The notes beneath the pieces are model-generated. The model searched no databases. It worked only from the letters and a program-made list of their open reading frames with translations, and was not told where the DNA came from. This document shows positions 1-9,946 of a stretch of 64,000 bases of DNA, piece by piece (the stretch's first letter is position 1; each line of letters begins with the position of its first letter). Position numbers and translations under genes: made by a program. Source of the DNA: an uncultured cyanobacterium (GTDB taxonomy: Bacteria; Cyanobacteriota; Cyanobacteriia; Phormidesmidales; Phormidesmidaceae); the NCBI GenBank assembly GCA_963793265.1, contig CAWBZI010000004.1, positions 576,001 to 640,000 of the forward strand, written 5' to 3'.

Positions 1-2
1 CG

Positions 3-233
3 CCTTTAGAGGCGATCTATCGCTATGCTGACGAGCTAAAAGTGGTGGTGGGCGATCGCACTGATATCGACTGGGCTGAGCAAGTCGCCCAAAAAGCACC
101 GGCTAAAGTTATAAAAATGTTACAGCCTCGGTGGGAAAGTAAGGTCGGGCAGCAGATAGTCTTTGAATATGTGTTATCTAATCCTGAATGGCGGGTGGGC
201 TTGCAGACCCATAAGTTTTTAGGGGTAAGATAG
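3..233 (+). CDS. queE: 7-carboxy-7-deazaguanine synthase QueE, C-terminal part (cut by window edge)
   Basis: ADELKVVV...LQPRW...[15 protein letters not shown]-terminus; directly upstream of queC. Confidence 0.9.
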   Translation, partial: PLEAIYRYADELKVVVGDRTDIDWAEQVAQKAPAKVIKMLQPRWESKVGQQIVFEYVLSNPEWRVGLQTHKFLGVR

Positions 234-240
234 CAAAAGT

Positions 241-1017
241 ATGGAAAATCAATCAGTTGATACACCGAACAGTCGTTTGCAGGCTAGTCAAAATGACGAG
301 CTAAAGGCTAAGGCGATCGTGTTGCTCTCAGGCGGATTAGATTCGGCAACCTGTGCTGCTCAGGCGATCGCTGACGGCTATCAGGTAGTCGCGCTTTCGT
401 TTGACTACGGCCAGCGTCACGATAAAGAACTCTCTGCGGCCAGAGAAATCTCTCAGCATCTTGGGATCACTCGCCACCACGTCATTTCAATTGACCTAGC
501 GCAGTGGGGTGGCTCATCTCTAACAGACGAAGACGTGCCCCTGCCGACCGATGGCCTCGATGCTGGTAGAATCCCTTCAACCTATGTGCCAGGGCGAAAT
601 ACAGTTTTCATTGCGATCGCCCTATCTCTGGCTGAAGCCCAATCTGCCGAAGCCATCTACCTCGGGATCAACGCCGTAGACTACTCAGGCTATCCCGACT
701 GCCGCCCCGAATACCTGGCCGCTTTTCAAAATCTGGCTACGCTCTCTTCTAAAGCTGGCCTGGAAGGCCGCGCGCCTGATTTGGTAGCGCCTTTGGTCAT
801 GGATTCTAAAACCGACATTGTGCACCGGGCGCTACGGCTAGGCGTGCCGATCGAAAAAACCTGGTCGTGCTACAAAGGAGGCGCTGAACCCTGCGGACTG
901 TGTGACTCTTGTCGAATTCGCGATGCTGCCTTGATCGGCGCAGGCAGAGAAGATTTGGCGACAGCCGTTGGGCGAGCCGCGCTTGCTTCAGGCTCGTATT
1001 TGGCTGATCATATCTAA
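241..1017 (+). CDS. queC: 7-cyano-7-deazaguanine synthase QueC
   Basis: SGGLDS PP-loop, [24 protein letters not shown] zinc motif. Confidence 0.97.
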   Translation: MENQSVDTPNSRLQASQNDELKAKAIVLLSGGLDSATCAAQAIADGYQVVALSFDYGQRHDKELSAAREISQHLGITRHHVISIDLAQWGGSSLTDEDVPLPTDGLDAGRIPSTYVPGRNTVFIAIALSLAEAQSAEAIYLGINAVDYSGYPDCRPEYLAAFQNLATLSSKAGLEGRAPDLVAPLVMDSKTDIVHRALRLGVPIEKTWSCYKGGAEPCGLCDSCRIRDAALIGAGREDLATAVGRAALASGSYLADHI

Positions 1018-1031
1018 GCCGATTGTATTTA

Positions 1032-1104
1032 AGCCGATGAGCGGACTCGAACCGCTGACCTACTCATTACGAATGAGTTGCTCTACCAACTGAGCTACAT
1101 CGGC
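1032..1104 (-). tRNA. tRNA-Thr (anticodon CGT)
   Basis: Reverse complement GCCGATGTAGCTCAGTTGGTAGAGC-ACTCA TTCGTAA TGAGT-GGTTCGAGTCC folds as a cloverleaf; CCA not encoded. Confidence 0.96.
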
Positions 1105-1197
1105 GACTGACTATAAATTATATTATCTCAAAGCCACGACCTGTCACACACAACCTGTCACAATTGAAGCGTAGGATATTACGAATTGAAGGCGGTT

Positions 1198-1542
1198 ATG
1201 CCAAAGGGTCAGTCAGTAAACAAGTCAGCCGGACGAAAGGCGGATAAGAAGGGTAAGAACAAAGGAAAGGATACGCCAAATCGTAGGCCACCGAGCGGTA
1301 TGAGCCAGGCTCGCTACGACAAATTGGTTCAAGAATCGCAGGCTCCCTATAAGGGGCTGCGCAAGTTTTTCTATGCCTCGTTTGGCGCGTCAGGGGCGAT
1401 TGGCGGCTTTGTTTTCTTTGCCCAAGTGCTCTCGGGTCGCGATGTGGCCCAGGCACTGCCAAATCTGGCTCTACAGATTGGCGTGGTTGCGCTTATGGTT
1501 TTTCTATTCCGCTGGGAAGATAGAAACAAGGAAGACAGCTAG
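1198..1542 (+). CDS. DUF3493 / LPA1-like small membrane protein
   Basis: E.QAPYKGLRKFFY..FGASG motif, two TM segments, basic N-terminus. Confidence 0.75.
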   Translation: MPKGQSVNKSAGRKADKKGKNKGKDTPNRRPPSGMSQARYDKLVQESQAPYKGLRKFFYASFGASGAIGGFVFFAQVLSGRDVAQALPNLALQIGVVALMVFLFRWEDRNKEDS

Positions 1543-1567
1543 TGCCTATGACAGTCTGTGACAACTG

Positions 1568-2164
1568 ATGGCGATTGATCCTGCTAGCAAAAATCCGGTG
1601 GTGCTCGTCCACGGCATTTGGAACACCGCTGGCATCTTTTCTCCTCTGCGAGCCTATTTAGAAGGCTCTGGCTGGCCTGTACATGCGCTGAGCATGACGC
1701 CTAACAATGGCGATGCGCCTTTAGAGGTGCTAGCTGAGCAGGTCGCTTCGTTTGTAGCTGACCGTATAGACCCGCGTCAGCCGTTTGATCTGGTGGGCTT
1801 TAGCATGGGCGGACTGATTAGCCGGTACTATGTGCAGCGGCTAGGGGGCTTAAGCCGAGTAGAGCGGTTTGTCACCGTTTCAGCACCGCACCAGGGCACG
1901 ATATTGGGTTCATTTAGCCGTCGCTATGGTATCCGGCAAATGCGGCCCGGCAGTCCGTTTATAAAAGCCCTTAATCAAGACATTCACCAGCTCCAAGCGC
2001 TGAAGTTTTTTTCACTGTGGACGCCGTTTGATCTGCTCATTTTGCCGCCGTGGAGTTCTAATCTATCGATGGCTGTATCGCAACGGCTGACGGTTCGCGC
2101 GCATAATCAGATGATTTGTGATCCTAAAGGGCTAGGAGCGATCGCAACCTGCCTATCTACCTAG
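1568..2164 (+). CDS. Alpha/beta-hydrolase (lipase/esterase)
   Basis: PVVLVHG oxyanion motif, GFSMGG nucleophile elbow, PHQGT. Confidence 0.9.
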   Translation: MAIDPASKNPVVLVHGIWNTAGIFSPLRAYLEGSGWPVHALSMTPNNGDAPLEVLAEQVASFVADRIDPRQPFDLVGFSMGGLISRYYVQRLGGLSRVERFVTVSAPHQGTILGSFSRRYGIRQMRPGSPFIKALNQDIHQLQALKFFSLWTPFDLLILPPWSSNLSMAVSQRLTVRAHNQMICDPKGLGAIATCLST

Positions 2165-2190
2165 TCCCTATCTAACTAGCTTCTATTCAC

Positions 2191-2622
2191 CTAAGCGCTT
2201 GTGTCTCCTACTTTGGAGTACTGCACCTCGCCAAACACAGCGCTGGGGTAGGCGTAGTATTTGAATTCCAGCAGGTTGTAGAACGGATCTTGCAAGAAAA
2301 AGGTGCGGTGTTCGATGCGATCGCCCTTAAACCGATGCTTTGGCTGCTGATAGAACGTCAGTTCATGCTGCTTTGCTCTATCTAGCGCCGCCTCCCACTC
2401 AGCCTCCGTCTCAAACGTCAGCCCGAAATGACTTGGATAAATCCCCTTTTGCGGCACAATCGGCTCAGTCACCACATGCGCCACTAGCTGATGCCCGCTC
2501 AGGTTCAAAATCAGTGACCCCTTACTTTCCCGGCCTACCTCGCAGCCCAAACCCTCCACATAAAACTGCTTCGTCTCGGCAAGGTTTTCTACCGCAAAAG
2601 AAAGGTGAAAGATAGCGCTCAT
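2191..2622 (-). CDS. VOC/glyoxalase family protein
   Basis: FHLSF, HFGL and FFLQDPFYNLLEFK motifs. Confidence 0.88.
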   Translation of the reverse strand: MSAIFHLSFAVENLAETKQFYVEGLGCEVGRESKGSLILNLSGHQLVAHVVTEPIVPQKGIYPSHFGLTFETEAEWEAALDRAKQHELTFYQQPKHRFKGDRIEHRTFFLQDPFYNLLEFKYYAYPSAVFGEVQYSKVGDTSA

Positions 2623-2841
2623 AGATAAAAGTTGTGATACTCATAACACTTCATCAGTTTGTCGCCGCGATGAGTTGCTTTTTGTAGTAAGCGCTACAGC
2701 CAGAATCATAGATATCCGAGTAAATCTGGATAGGCATAGATCTTCTTGGCGAGCCAAGCTGAGAAGGTAGACATATTTTACAATATGTTTTTGCTCAAAG
2801 CCTTGTAATCCATACTCTAGAGACACGCTAGAGACGCTTTT

Positions 2842-3087
2842 ATGTCAATTTATGTTGGAAACCTGTCCTTTGATGCCACTCAAGAGGATATTAATCAGGT
2901 CTTTGCTGAGTACGGTTCGGTAAAGTCCGTTAAGCTGCCCACCGATCGCGAGACAGGTCGCGTGAGAGGATTTGCCTTTGTTGAGATGGGAGCAGAATCC
3001 GAAGAGCAAGCGGCTATCGATGCACTAGATGGTGCCGAATGGATGGGGCGTACGCTCAAAGTAAATAAGGCCAGACCCCGTACTTAA
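2842..3087 (+). CDS. rbp: RRM RNA-binding protein (cyanobacterial Rbp family, no Gly tail)
   Basis: RNP2 IYVGNL and RNP1 RGFAFVEM. Confidence 0.95.
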   Translation: MSIYVGNLSFDATQEDINQVFAEYGSVKSVKLPTDRETGRVRGFAFVEMGAESEEQAAIDALDGAEWMGRTLKVNKARPRT

Positions 3088-3199
3088 ACCGCCCAGCAGC
3101 GTCCAATAGCCCCTCCATTGTCTTATTTTGCTAGTGAAAAATCAATAACAAAGTGCATCTAGGGCTTCGCTTTACGAACCTCCCTTTGTTTATATGTTT

Positions 3200-3245
3200 G
3201 ATAGGCCCTCGCTGATACATGCAAGATCAGTGAGGGCCTATCTTT
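3200..3245 (+). terminator. Probable intrinsic terminator hairpin
   Basis: GATAGGCCCTCGCTGAT...ATCAGTGAGGGCCTATC followed by TTT, downstream of rbp. Confidence 0.65.
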
Positions 3246-3495
3246 GTGCGTAGTTTTCACGCGTAGTTCTTATAAGTAGCTTCTATATATAGTTTTAGTG
3301 TCTCAGGTTGTTTGCCGACACTTCCCCAAACAGGCAGCGTCTAATCTACTAATTGCCCTGCCCCTTCAAGCAATATGGGAAGCCTAAGCGCAGCCTGCAC
3401 AAGTGATTGAGTCACCGCATTAAGTCACAGCAAATAGCCTTGGGGTTCTAAACCTAATTTGTGACCTTGCCCTTCTTAGAAAAAACTTAAATATT

Positions 3496-4962
3496 TTGAA
3501 GCTTACTCCAAAGCAGAAAGCACAGCTCAACCGGCCAAGGCCCTTCTTATTTCTAATCATCATAGGTATCTTTAGCTTGCCGTGGCTGTTGCTGTTTCGT
3601 AACGGCGTAAAGTCTCGTCAGCAGCAGTCAGAAATGGCGGTTCGTTCGGACACCTTTTTTGCTCAGGTTGACACCTACCAGCGCAATGCTGCCGCTGAAC
3701 AGTTCGACAGACTCGGGGCCGATTTGGGATTTGCGCCCAACGATCCCCGCAATCTTGTATTCCGAATAGATCTTGAGGCAGAAGCAGACTACAGATCTAT
3801 CGAGCGTTCTTTGGATAGCTTTCTCAAAAAGCAAGCGGCTAAGCCATCTGGCCCTTTAGATCCCCTCCCACCCGCGCTCTCTCGTTATCTTGCCAGCAGC
3901 CAGCCTAAGCTCACAGCGATTCGGGCTCACCTGTTACAGAGTCCATCGCCTCAGTGGGAGATAGACATCGAGCAGATGTCGGCGCAAAACTATCCTTTTG
4001 CGGGGCTGGTGAACACAGCCAATACTCAAAAGCTCTTGTTGCTCTCTGCCATTGACTATCAGGCGCGCAACCAGCCAGACCAAATGCTAATGGCGCTCGA
4101 AGCCTCCTGGCAGCTAAATCAAGCCATTACCCAGCGCCCTGATCTGGTATCTCAAATCTCTGCTTCAGTGATCTCTAGCTATCAGGCAGGCATCTTAAGG
4201 CATCTTGATAATATTTCGGTGCAGTGGCAAAGCCGCCTGAATCAACAGGCCCAGCAGCAGTCTGTTATTCACGGCCTTGAGTTCGACGTTTGGCTTCAGT
4301 ACACCGTGCTTAGCAAGCTTCTATTGCCGGTCATAGAAGGCACGGCCAGCAGCTCGCCCAATCCTTCTCATACTCAGGGCTCACTGCTTTCAACTAAGCC
4401 CTTTGGCCAGCTACCTAACAAGCTACCCAAGAGGCTTTCATACTGGTTTTCTCCTGTTCACTACTTCAACCTCACTAATATTGACACTGCTCAAACCGCG
4501 CACAGAGCGCTCAGCCTGCTGCAAGATCTCGATGTGTGCTCAACGACTCAGCAGCAGGCCGAAGCGATATTGATGAAGGAGCAAACAGCGCGGTGGAATG
4601 AAGCCGTTGCTCCGGTGCCAGCCGTGCTAGCAAAGCGATGGAAGGTGATGGGCGATCGCGCACTCGCCTTAGAACTCACCCAAAAAGTGTTGCAGGCAAA
4701 ACAGTTCTTGCAAGCAGCCGAACAGGGGCCAGAAGAACGGCCAGAAGAACGGCCAGAAGAACGGCCAGAAGAAGGGTCAGAGGAATGGCTGGAATGGCCA
4801 AAGCGTTTGCCTGAACTCACCTCTGAGGTTTGTCCAGAAGAGTCTTGGATCTATGAGCGCACCTCAGATAATGCGATCGCCCTTTCTCTAAGCACTCAAC
4901 TGATCCCCGAACCCACTATCCCGCTCCACTACAAGTTCGATCCAAAGAAAAACTCTGAATAA
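3496..4962 (+). CDS. Hypothetical membrane-anchored helical protein
   Basis: 488-aa ORF, TTG start, one N-terminal TM segment, PEER repeats near the C-terminus. Confidence 0.7.
   Translation: MKLTPKQKAQLNRPRPFLFLIIIGIFSLPWLLLFRNGVKSRQQQSEMAVRSDTFFAQVDTYQRNAAAEQFDRLGADLGFAPNDPRNLVFRIDLEAEADYRSIERSLDSFLKKQAAKPSGPLDPLPPALSRYLASSQPKLTAIRAHLLQSPSPQWEIDIEQMSAQNYPFAGLVNTANTQKLLLLSAIDYQARNQPDQMLMALEASWQLNQAITQRPDLVSQISASVISSYQAGILRHLDNISVQWQSRLNQQAQQQSVIHGLEFDVWLQYTVLSKLLLPVIEGTASSSPNPSHTQGSLLSTKPFGQLPNKLPKRLSYWFSPVHYFNLTNIDTAQTAHRALSLLQDLDVCSTTQQQAEAILMKEQTARWNEAVAPVPAVLAKRWKVMGDRALALELTQKVLQAKQFLQAAEQGPEERPEERPEERPEEGSEEWLEWPKRLPELTSEVCPEESWIYERTSDNAIALSLSTQLIPEPTIPLHYKFDPKKNSE
4727..4774 (+). repeat. 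12-bp in-frame tandem repeat GGCCAGAAGAAC x4 (PEER)
   Basis: Read directly; last copy has one mismatch. Confidence 0.95.
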
Positions 4963-5034
4963 GCCGTAGCCTATTCAGAGTCGAAGTTATTTATTTAGCA
5001 TTCAAAACAAGAGCGTTTCAAAACAACTACTTGC

Positions 5035-5745
5035 TCAACCCACTGACTTGATAGCCTTCTCAGAAATGCTGTAAGTCCCGCCCCGTCCCCGGAACCAGTC
5101 ACCGTCACGAGCACCTGCGGAGAGAATATTGGAAACTCGGTTGCGTGCTTTTAGAAAATGAGTTTTGGGCATATCTTCTTTGAAAACAGCACTCATCACA
5201 TCTGCGATTTTGAAGATGTTGTTGGGCTGCGCTTGCAAAACGCCAACAATAACGTCAGGCAAAGGAGCCTTGCTATAGCTGTCTTGAACGTACTTTTGCC
5301 AGTTAGCTGTTCTGCCACTACGCTTAGTCGTAGCAGTGGTCTTTTCACTCGCTGCGCTCTTGGCTTTAGCAGGACGACCGCGAGAGGCTTTTACTTTCGT
5401 TGTCTTTTCTTTCGTCGCCTTTTCAACCTTAGTTTTTGCAGCGGCTTTCGTCGCTTTAGCTTTCGTTGTGGTTCTAGCTGCCTTAGCACTCTTGGTTTCG
5501 GCTGCTGTCGATTTGGCTTTGGCTGCTGTCTTTTTAGGCGTGCTTTTAGCCGAGGTTTTAGCCGAGGTTTTGGCGATCGCTGCGATATCAGCAGCCGGTA
5601 CATCACCCGATTCAAACATCGCTAGAACAGTTTGAATGCCATTACGCTTTTCTTGTAGCGCAATAAGCTGAGCTTCTAGCGTACTAGCCTGTGCCGATAG
5701 CGCAGAGTCAACTTCCAATAGCTGTGGCAAAACAGATATAGACAT
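5035..5745 (-). CDS. Putative nucleoid-associated/DNA-binding protein, paralog A
   Basis: N-terminal coiled coil, Lys/Ala/Thr-rich linker with RGRP, conserved C-terminal domain shared with 7901..8482. Confidence 0.7.
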   Translation of the reverse strand: MSISVLPQLLEVDSALSAQASTLEAQLIALQEKRNGIQTVLAMFESGDVPAADIAAIAKTSAKTSAKSTPKKTAAKAKSTAAETKSAKAARTTTKAKATKAAAKTKVEKATKEKTTKVKASRGRPAKAKSAASEKTTATTKRSGRTANWQKYVQDSYSKAPLPDVIVGVLQAQPNNIFKIADVMSAVFKEDMPKTHFLKARNRVSNILSAGARDGDWFRGRGGTYSISEKAIKSVG

Positions 5746-6010
5746 ATTCGATTTTCTCCTTATTTACTTTAGAGTCCTTGTTTTACTTTAGAAAGGTTAG
5801 CCCTCACCGCACAAAAGCGGAGAATTTACCTAACAATGCTTCTAGACAAAAATATCTCTTCTGAGAATAACACTATTTAAACGGTTTCTTCTTCTTAATC
5901 AAGACTTTTCCTAATTTTTACCGAAAATCCATCGAGATCCGAAACAGAGCTGCCGATGTATAAACGTCTGCTAATGCTAATTTGACAACGGAGAGGCAGC
6001 TTTTCTCTTT

Positions 6011-6048
6011 GTAGAGGAATAGTTTCAAAGTAGAGGAATAGTTTCAAA
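6011..6048 (+). repeat. 19-bp tandem duplication GTAGAGGAATAGTTTCAAA x2
   Basis: Read directly. Confidence 0.9.
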
Positions 6049-6145
6049 AGAAAAGACGCTAGTAGTGAGAATATGCCTGATTCCTACTTATCATTCGTAA
6101 AGACGAGCTTCTTCTAGTAAGTATAGATGTGAGCAAGATCGCTCA

Positions 6146-6787
6146 TCATGTGCGATCTGAGTTTGTCTTGTCTAAAACGGGGCAATCCTCCGTTGAGCTA
6201 CGAGAAGATAGAGATCTAGGCCCGTACTTAATAATCAAAAAAAGAACGACCAGGAAAAGTAGCCCGGCAGCTAGCCACACTCGAATAGCGTCAGCGGGCC
6301 AAAGTAGAAGAAGACTTAACCCAACGGCATTCGCAATCAGAACAGGTCTTCTCTCATAAATCCCAAAGCTTGTGATAGCAGGCACTTCACTCGGAGACAG
6401 TTGTACTTTTGCCAGTAGATTAAACCAGACTTGGCTAGCAATCACTACCACAGCTCCCGCCTGAGGAAACAACAGCGCCGTATATAATCCTGTTGCTTCT
6501 AGAACAATAGTACTAGCAGCGACCTTGTAAAACAGGCCGAGGCGAGGGTCTTCTGTGCCCTCTTCTATAAGTTGATTTGAAAGTTGATTTGAAACTGTCA
6601 AAATATTTTTCAAATCAACGTAGGCCATATAGGCTGTCTCTGGGCAAAACAGGGCCAGTGCAATAACTATCAGCCGCTCGGCTATCGTATGGACTGTGAC
6701 TGTTTTAACAAGCAGCAGCAGTCCGGCAGGAACAAACAGCAGTGGAATAAATGACGCTAGCAGCACTTGAAAGGGTGATATCAGCAA
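6146..6787 (-). CDS. Hypothetical multi-pass membrane protein
   Basis: About 6 hydrophobic segments; start uncertain (TTG). Confidence 0.7.
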   Translation of the reverse strand: MLISPFQVLLASFIPLLFVPAGLLLLVKTVTVHTIAERLIVIALALFCPETAYMAYVDLKNILTVSNQLSNQLIEEGTEDPRLGLFYKVAASTIVLEATGLYTALLFPQAGAVVVIASQVWFNLLAKVQLSPSEVPAITSFGIYERRPVLIANAVGLSLLLLWPADAIRVWLAAGLLFLVVLFLIIKYGPRSLSSRSSTEDCPVLDKTNSDRT

Positions 6788-6883
6788 AGCGGGCCCTTTT
6801 TACCTACGTTTGTATTTATGTTGAGATCATACCAAGCCAGGCGATACTACTTTGGAACACTGCTGGTTGAACTTAAGGCTGCT

Positions 6884-7744
6884 ATGACTTCCTCTCGACG
6901 CTACATCCTTACCCTCTCCTGTCCTGATCGCGTTGGTGTAGTAGCAGCGGTCAGCTCGCTAATAGCGGCTAACGGTGGCTGGATTAGTGAGGCGCAGCAC
7001 CATTCAGAGCGGTCGGGTCAGCGGTTCTTTATGCGTCAGGAGATTTTGACAGACTCTCTTCCTTTTGATTTGAAAGAGCTGCGACGGCGGTTTTCTCCTA
7101 TTGCCGAGCAGTTTGATATGGACTGGGCTATCCGCGATTCTGCGCAAAAGAAACGAGTGGCAATATTAGTGTCTAAGAGCGGTCATTGTCTGTACGATCT
7201 CCTTTCTCGGTGGCGTGCTCAGGAGCTAGAGATAGAGATTGCCTGTGTGATCTCTAATCACAATTTATTCCGAGGCTTGGTCGAGTGGCACGACATTCCT
7301 TACTTTTGTGTTCCGGTGACGCCAGATACTAAGGTGGCGGCTTACAAAAAGGTTGTTAGTCACTTTGAGGAAGTGCGAGGGGATGTGATGGTACTGGCGC
7401 GATATATGCAGATTTTGTCTAAAGAGGTGTGCGATCGCTACCCAGGTCAAATTATTAACATTCACCATTCCTTCCTCCCTTCTTTTATTGGTGCTAAACC
7501 TTACCATCAGGCTTACGAACGCGGCGTAAAGCTGATTGGAGCCACCTGCCACTATGTCACTCAAGATCTCGACTGCGGCCCAATCATCGACCAAGACGTG
7601 CTGCGTATCGATCATTCTGACTCTCCAGAAGACTTGGTTCGCTTTGGTAAAGACATTGAGAAAACAGTTTTAGCCAGAGGGTTGCGCTATCACATTGAGG
7701 ATCGGGTGCTGCTGCACGAGCACAAAACGATTGTGTTTCGCTAG
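6884..7744 (+). CDS. purU: Formyltetrahydrofolate deformylase
   Basis: ACT domain CPDRVG, VLARYMQILS, INIHHSFLPSF.GAKPYHQA, GATCHYVT. Confidence 0.97.
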   Translation: MTSSRRYILTLSCPDRVGVVAAVSSLIAANGGWISEAQHHSERSGQRFFMRQEILTDSLPFDLKELRRRFSPIAEQFDMDWAIRDSAQKKRVAILVSKSGHCLYDLLSRWRAQELEIEIACVISNHNLFRGLVEWHDIPYFCVPVTPDTKVAAYKKVVSHFEEVRGDVMVLARYMQILSKEVCDRYPGQIINIHHSFLPSFIGAKPYHQAYERGVKLIGATCHYVTQDLDCGPIIDQDVLRIDHSDSPEDLVRFGKDIEKTVLARGLRYHIEDRVLLHEHKTIVFR

Positions 7745-7900
7745 CTGAGTATTCCTAAGGCCAAAAGAAGACCCATGATATTTTTGTTGCAAGACTTGTT
7801 GATGGAAGTAAACAACGGGCACAGAAGACGCTACACTCTCTTTGTGCAACTGTCATAAGCACAAAGAATAGGGAAGTTTTGTAATGAGGATTTTTGAAAA

Positions 7901-8482
7901 ATGAGCGATCCTGCTTTTTCCCAACTCGTTGCTGTTGAGAGCGATTTGTCTCAACAGGTTGAGAGTTTAGAATCTGAGCTAGCCAGAATAAGGGAGCGAC
8001 GCAGCGGGCTGCGAACTGTTATTGATATGTTTGAGGATGCTGACGGCGAGCCTGTCGCGTTGTCTGCAAAGAAAACAGCTGCTAAAAAGACAGCCACTAA
8101 GAAAGCGCCAACGGCAGAAGATGCCAAAGCGCCCGCTAAGACATCAAAAGCAACCGCCGCTAAAAAGGTCGATAAAAAGCCAGCTAGAACAAAGAAGAAG
8201 GACGGAAGAGCTGCCGACTGGCAGAAGTATGTTCAGTCTGACTACAAAGATTTGCCGCTGCCTGAGGCTGTCAGCAGCGTTTTGCGCTCTGCACCCTCAG
8301 AGATTTTCACGATTGCAGATGTGATGTCTTCTATCTTTACTGAGAGTATGCCACGTACGTCTTACCTCAAAGCTCGCAACCGCATCTCTAATATCTTGTC
8401 GGCGGGTGCTCGTGATGGCACCTGGTACCGAGGCCGTAACGGTCGATATTCTCAGTCGCAAAGCGTAGAGAAAATGAAGTAG
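7901..8482 (+). CDS. Putative nucleoid-associated/DNA-binding protein, paralog B
   Basis: Same architecture as 5035..5745; shares WQKYV and LKARNR.SNILSAGARDG.W.RGR.G.YS. Confidence 0.7.
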   Translation: MSDPAFSQLVAVESDLSQQVESLESELARIRERRSGLRTVIDMFEDADGEPVALSAKKTAAKKTATKKAPTAEDAKAPAKTSKATAAKKVDKKPARTKKKDGRAADWQKYVQSDYKDLPLPEAVSSVLRSAPSEIFTIADVMSSIFTESMPRTSYLKARNRISNILSAGARDGTWYRGRNGRYSQSQSVEKMK

Positions 8483-8502
8483 AAAGGGCTGAAAAGAAAA
8501 AG

Positions 8503-8537
8503 AGGAGCCGTTCTAGAGATAGGGCGGCTCCTTTTTT
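8503..8537 (+). terminator. Intrinsic terminator
   Basis: AGGAGCCG...CGGCTCCT stem followed by a T run. Confidence 0.8.
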
Positions 8538-8627
8538 GCGCCTGTGCGTTGTTTGTTGTTGCGCGGCGTGGCTGCGTCGAACATAATTTGAGGGCAAAGC
8601 TTATGTACCGAGAGATTGTATTGAGAG

Positions 8628-9407
8628 ATGTCTTTAGAAAATTCTTGGATAGTGGCGGCGGCTATCAATACGGTTTTGATTGCGATCGCCCTAATCTTGC
8701 CTAAAAAGCTGCTGACCCCGGCAGGCTATGCCAATGCCTGGCTACTAGGCGTGATTGTGTGGGGTGCGCTCGGCCCGCCTGCCTATGCCACCGTGCTGTT
8801 TTACTTTTTTGTCGGTTCAGCCGTCACTAAAATAGGGATGGCCGAAAAGGAGGCTTACGGTATTGCTGAAGCGCGTGGGGGCGTGCGTGGCCCTGGAAAT
8901 GTGTGGGGCTCAGCACTTACCGGGGCGCTGTGTGCTCTAGGCGCAGCGATGGCTGGCTGGCTCTACCCGGTGAGTCCGGCGCTGCTGCTGTGGCAGTCTG
9001 TACTGGCGCTGGGCTTTGTAGCTTCGCTGAGTACTAAGCTCTCAGATACAACGGCGACTGAGATTGGTAAAGCCTACGGTCAGCGAACCTATTTGATTAC
9101 GACCTTGCAGGCTGTGCCGAGAGGAACGGAGGGTGCGGTTAGCTTGGAGGGTACTCTAGCAGGCGTGGTGGGGTCAGTCGCTTTAGCGCTGGTGGCCTGG
9201 GCCGTGGGTTTGATTTCGCTGGTAGGAGTAGGGATTTGTGCGATCGCTGCTTTTGGCGCAACGACCGTTGAAAGCCTAATCGGAGCCACCGTTGAAGAAA
9301 AGCTGGACTGGCTGACGCATGATCTGGTGAATATTATCAATACGACCGTGGGCGCTGCGATCGCAATCGGCTTGGGCTGGTTGCTGTCTACCTGGCCGAC
9401 AGTCTAA
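8628..9407 (+). CDS. DUF92/TMEM19 (TIGR00297-type) membrane protein
   Basis: RGPGNVWGS, KLSDT.ATEIGKAYG, GTEGAVSLEGT motifs. Confidence 0.9.
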   Translation: MSLENSWIVAAAINTVLIAIALILPKKLLTPAGYANAWLLGVIVWGALGPPAYATVLFYFFVGSAVTKIGMAEKEAYGIAEARGGVRGPGNVWGSALTGALCALGAAMAGWLYPVSPALLLWQSVLALGFVASLSTKLSDTTATEIGKAYGQRTYLITTLQAVPRGTEGAVSLEGTLAGVVGSVALALVAWAVGLISLVGVGICAIAAFGATTVESLIGATVEEKLDWLTHDLVNIINTTVGAAIAIGLGWLLSTWPTV

Positions 9408-9446
9408 GCCGACAGTCTAAGCCGACAGTCTAAGCCGACAGTCTAA
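9395..9446 (+). repeat. 13-bp tandem repeat GCCGACAGTCTAA x4, including the DUF92 stop codon
   Basis: Four perfect copies read directly. Confidence 0.97.
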
Positions 9447-9946
9447 TAGGACACCTTACTTAAATGACTTATCAGGCATCTTTACGAAACGTTAAACTCG
9501 TTCACAGATATTCTTAGCTACGGACAACAGTACTCCGTAGTGCTCTAAGTATTCTTTAAGCATTTTTTCAGGAGACGTTACTTCTTTTATAACCAGTTTG
9601 TAGCCTAGAAGGCAAAAGTACGGCCTAGACTCGCCTGAACACCGCAGAAACCGGCTTTTTTGCTTAGTTTTTGCTTAAGATTTTGTGCGAAAGAGATATA
9701 CCTTTAGAGAGAGAATTTTGTAGGCTTTTCTTAAAAAACCATATAAAATGTAACCATACACAGCTTAAACAAGTCAGTATAATCTTTACACCAGAAGGGC
9801 TCATGCCCTTTTAGTCTCACTTACTTGAGTGCTACTCAAGCCCTGAGAAAACTGGCAGCACGAAGCTAGATTTGTTACTTCACGGCTGGCTGCTTCACGA
9901 AAGTTTCACAAAAAATAAAAATAAAACCTTAAAGAGCCCCCACCCA

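Noticed and set aside
3..1017. Dpd-type 7-deazaguanine DNA modification system
   Set aside because: No dpdA/tgt-like or other dpd genes in view; ordinary queuosine pathway is simpler (upstream context is outside the window)
5158..5635. Antisense ORFs here and over gcvP, hsdR, the kinase and the IS
   Set aside because: Shadow frames of well-supported genes with no motifs of their own
9395..9446. CRISPR array
   Set aside because: 13-bp head-to-tail repeats with no spacers and no cas genes in the window
9749..9760. NtcA/CRP site TGTAACCATACA
   Set aside because: Spacing fits neither GTA-N8-TAC nor TGTGA-N6-TCACA
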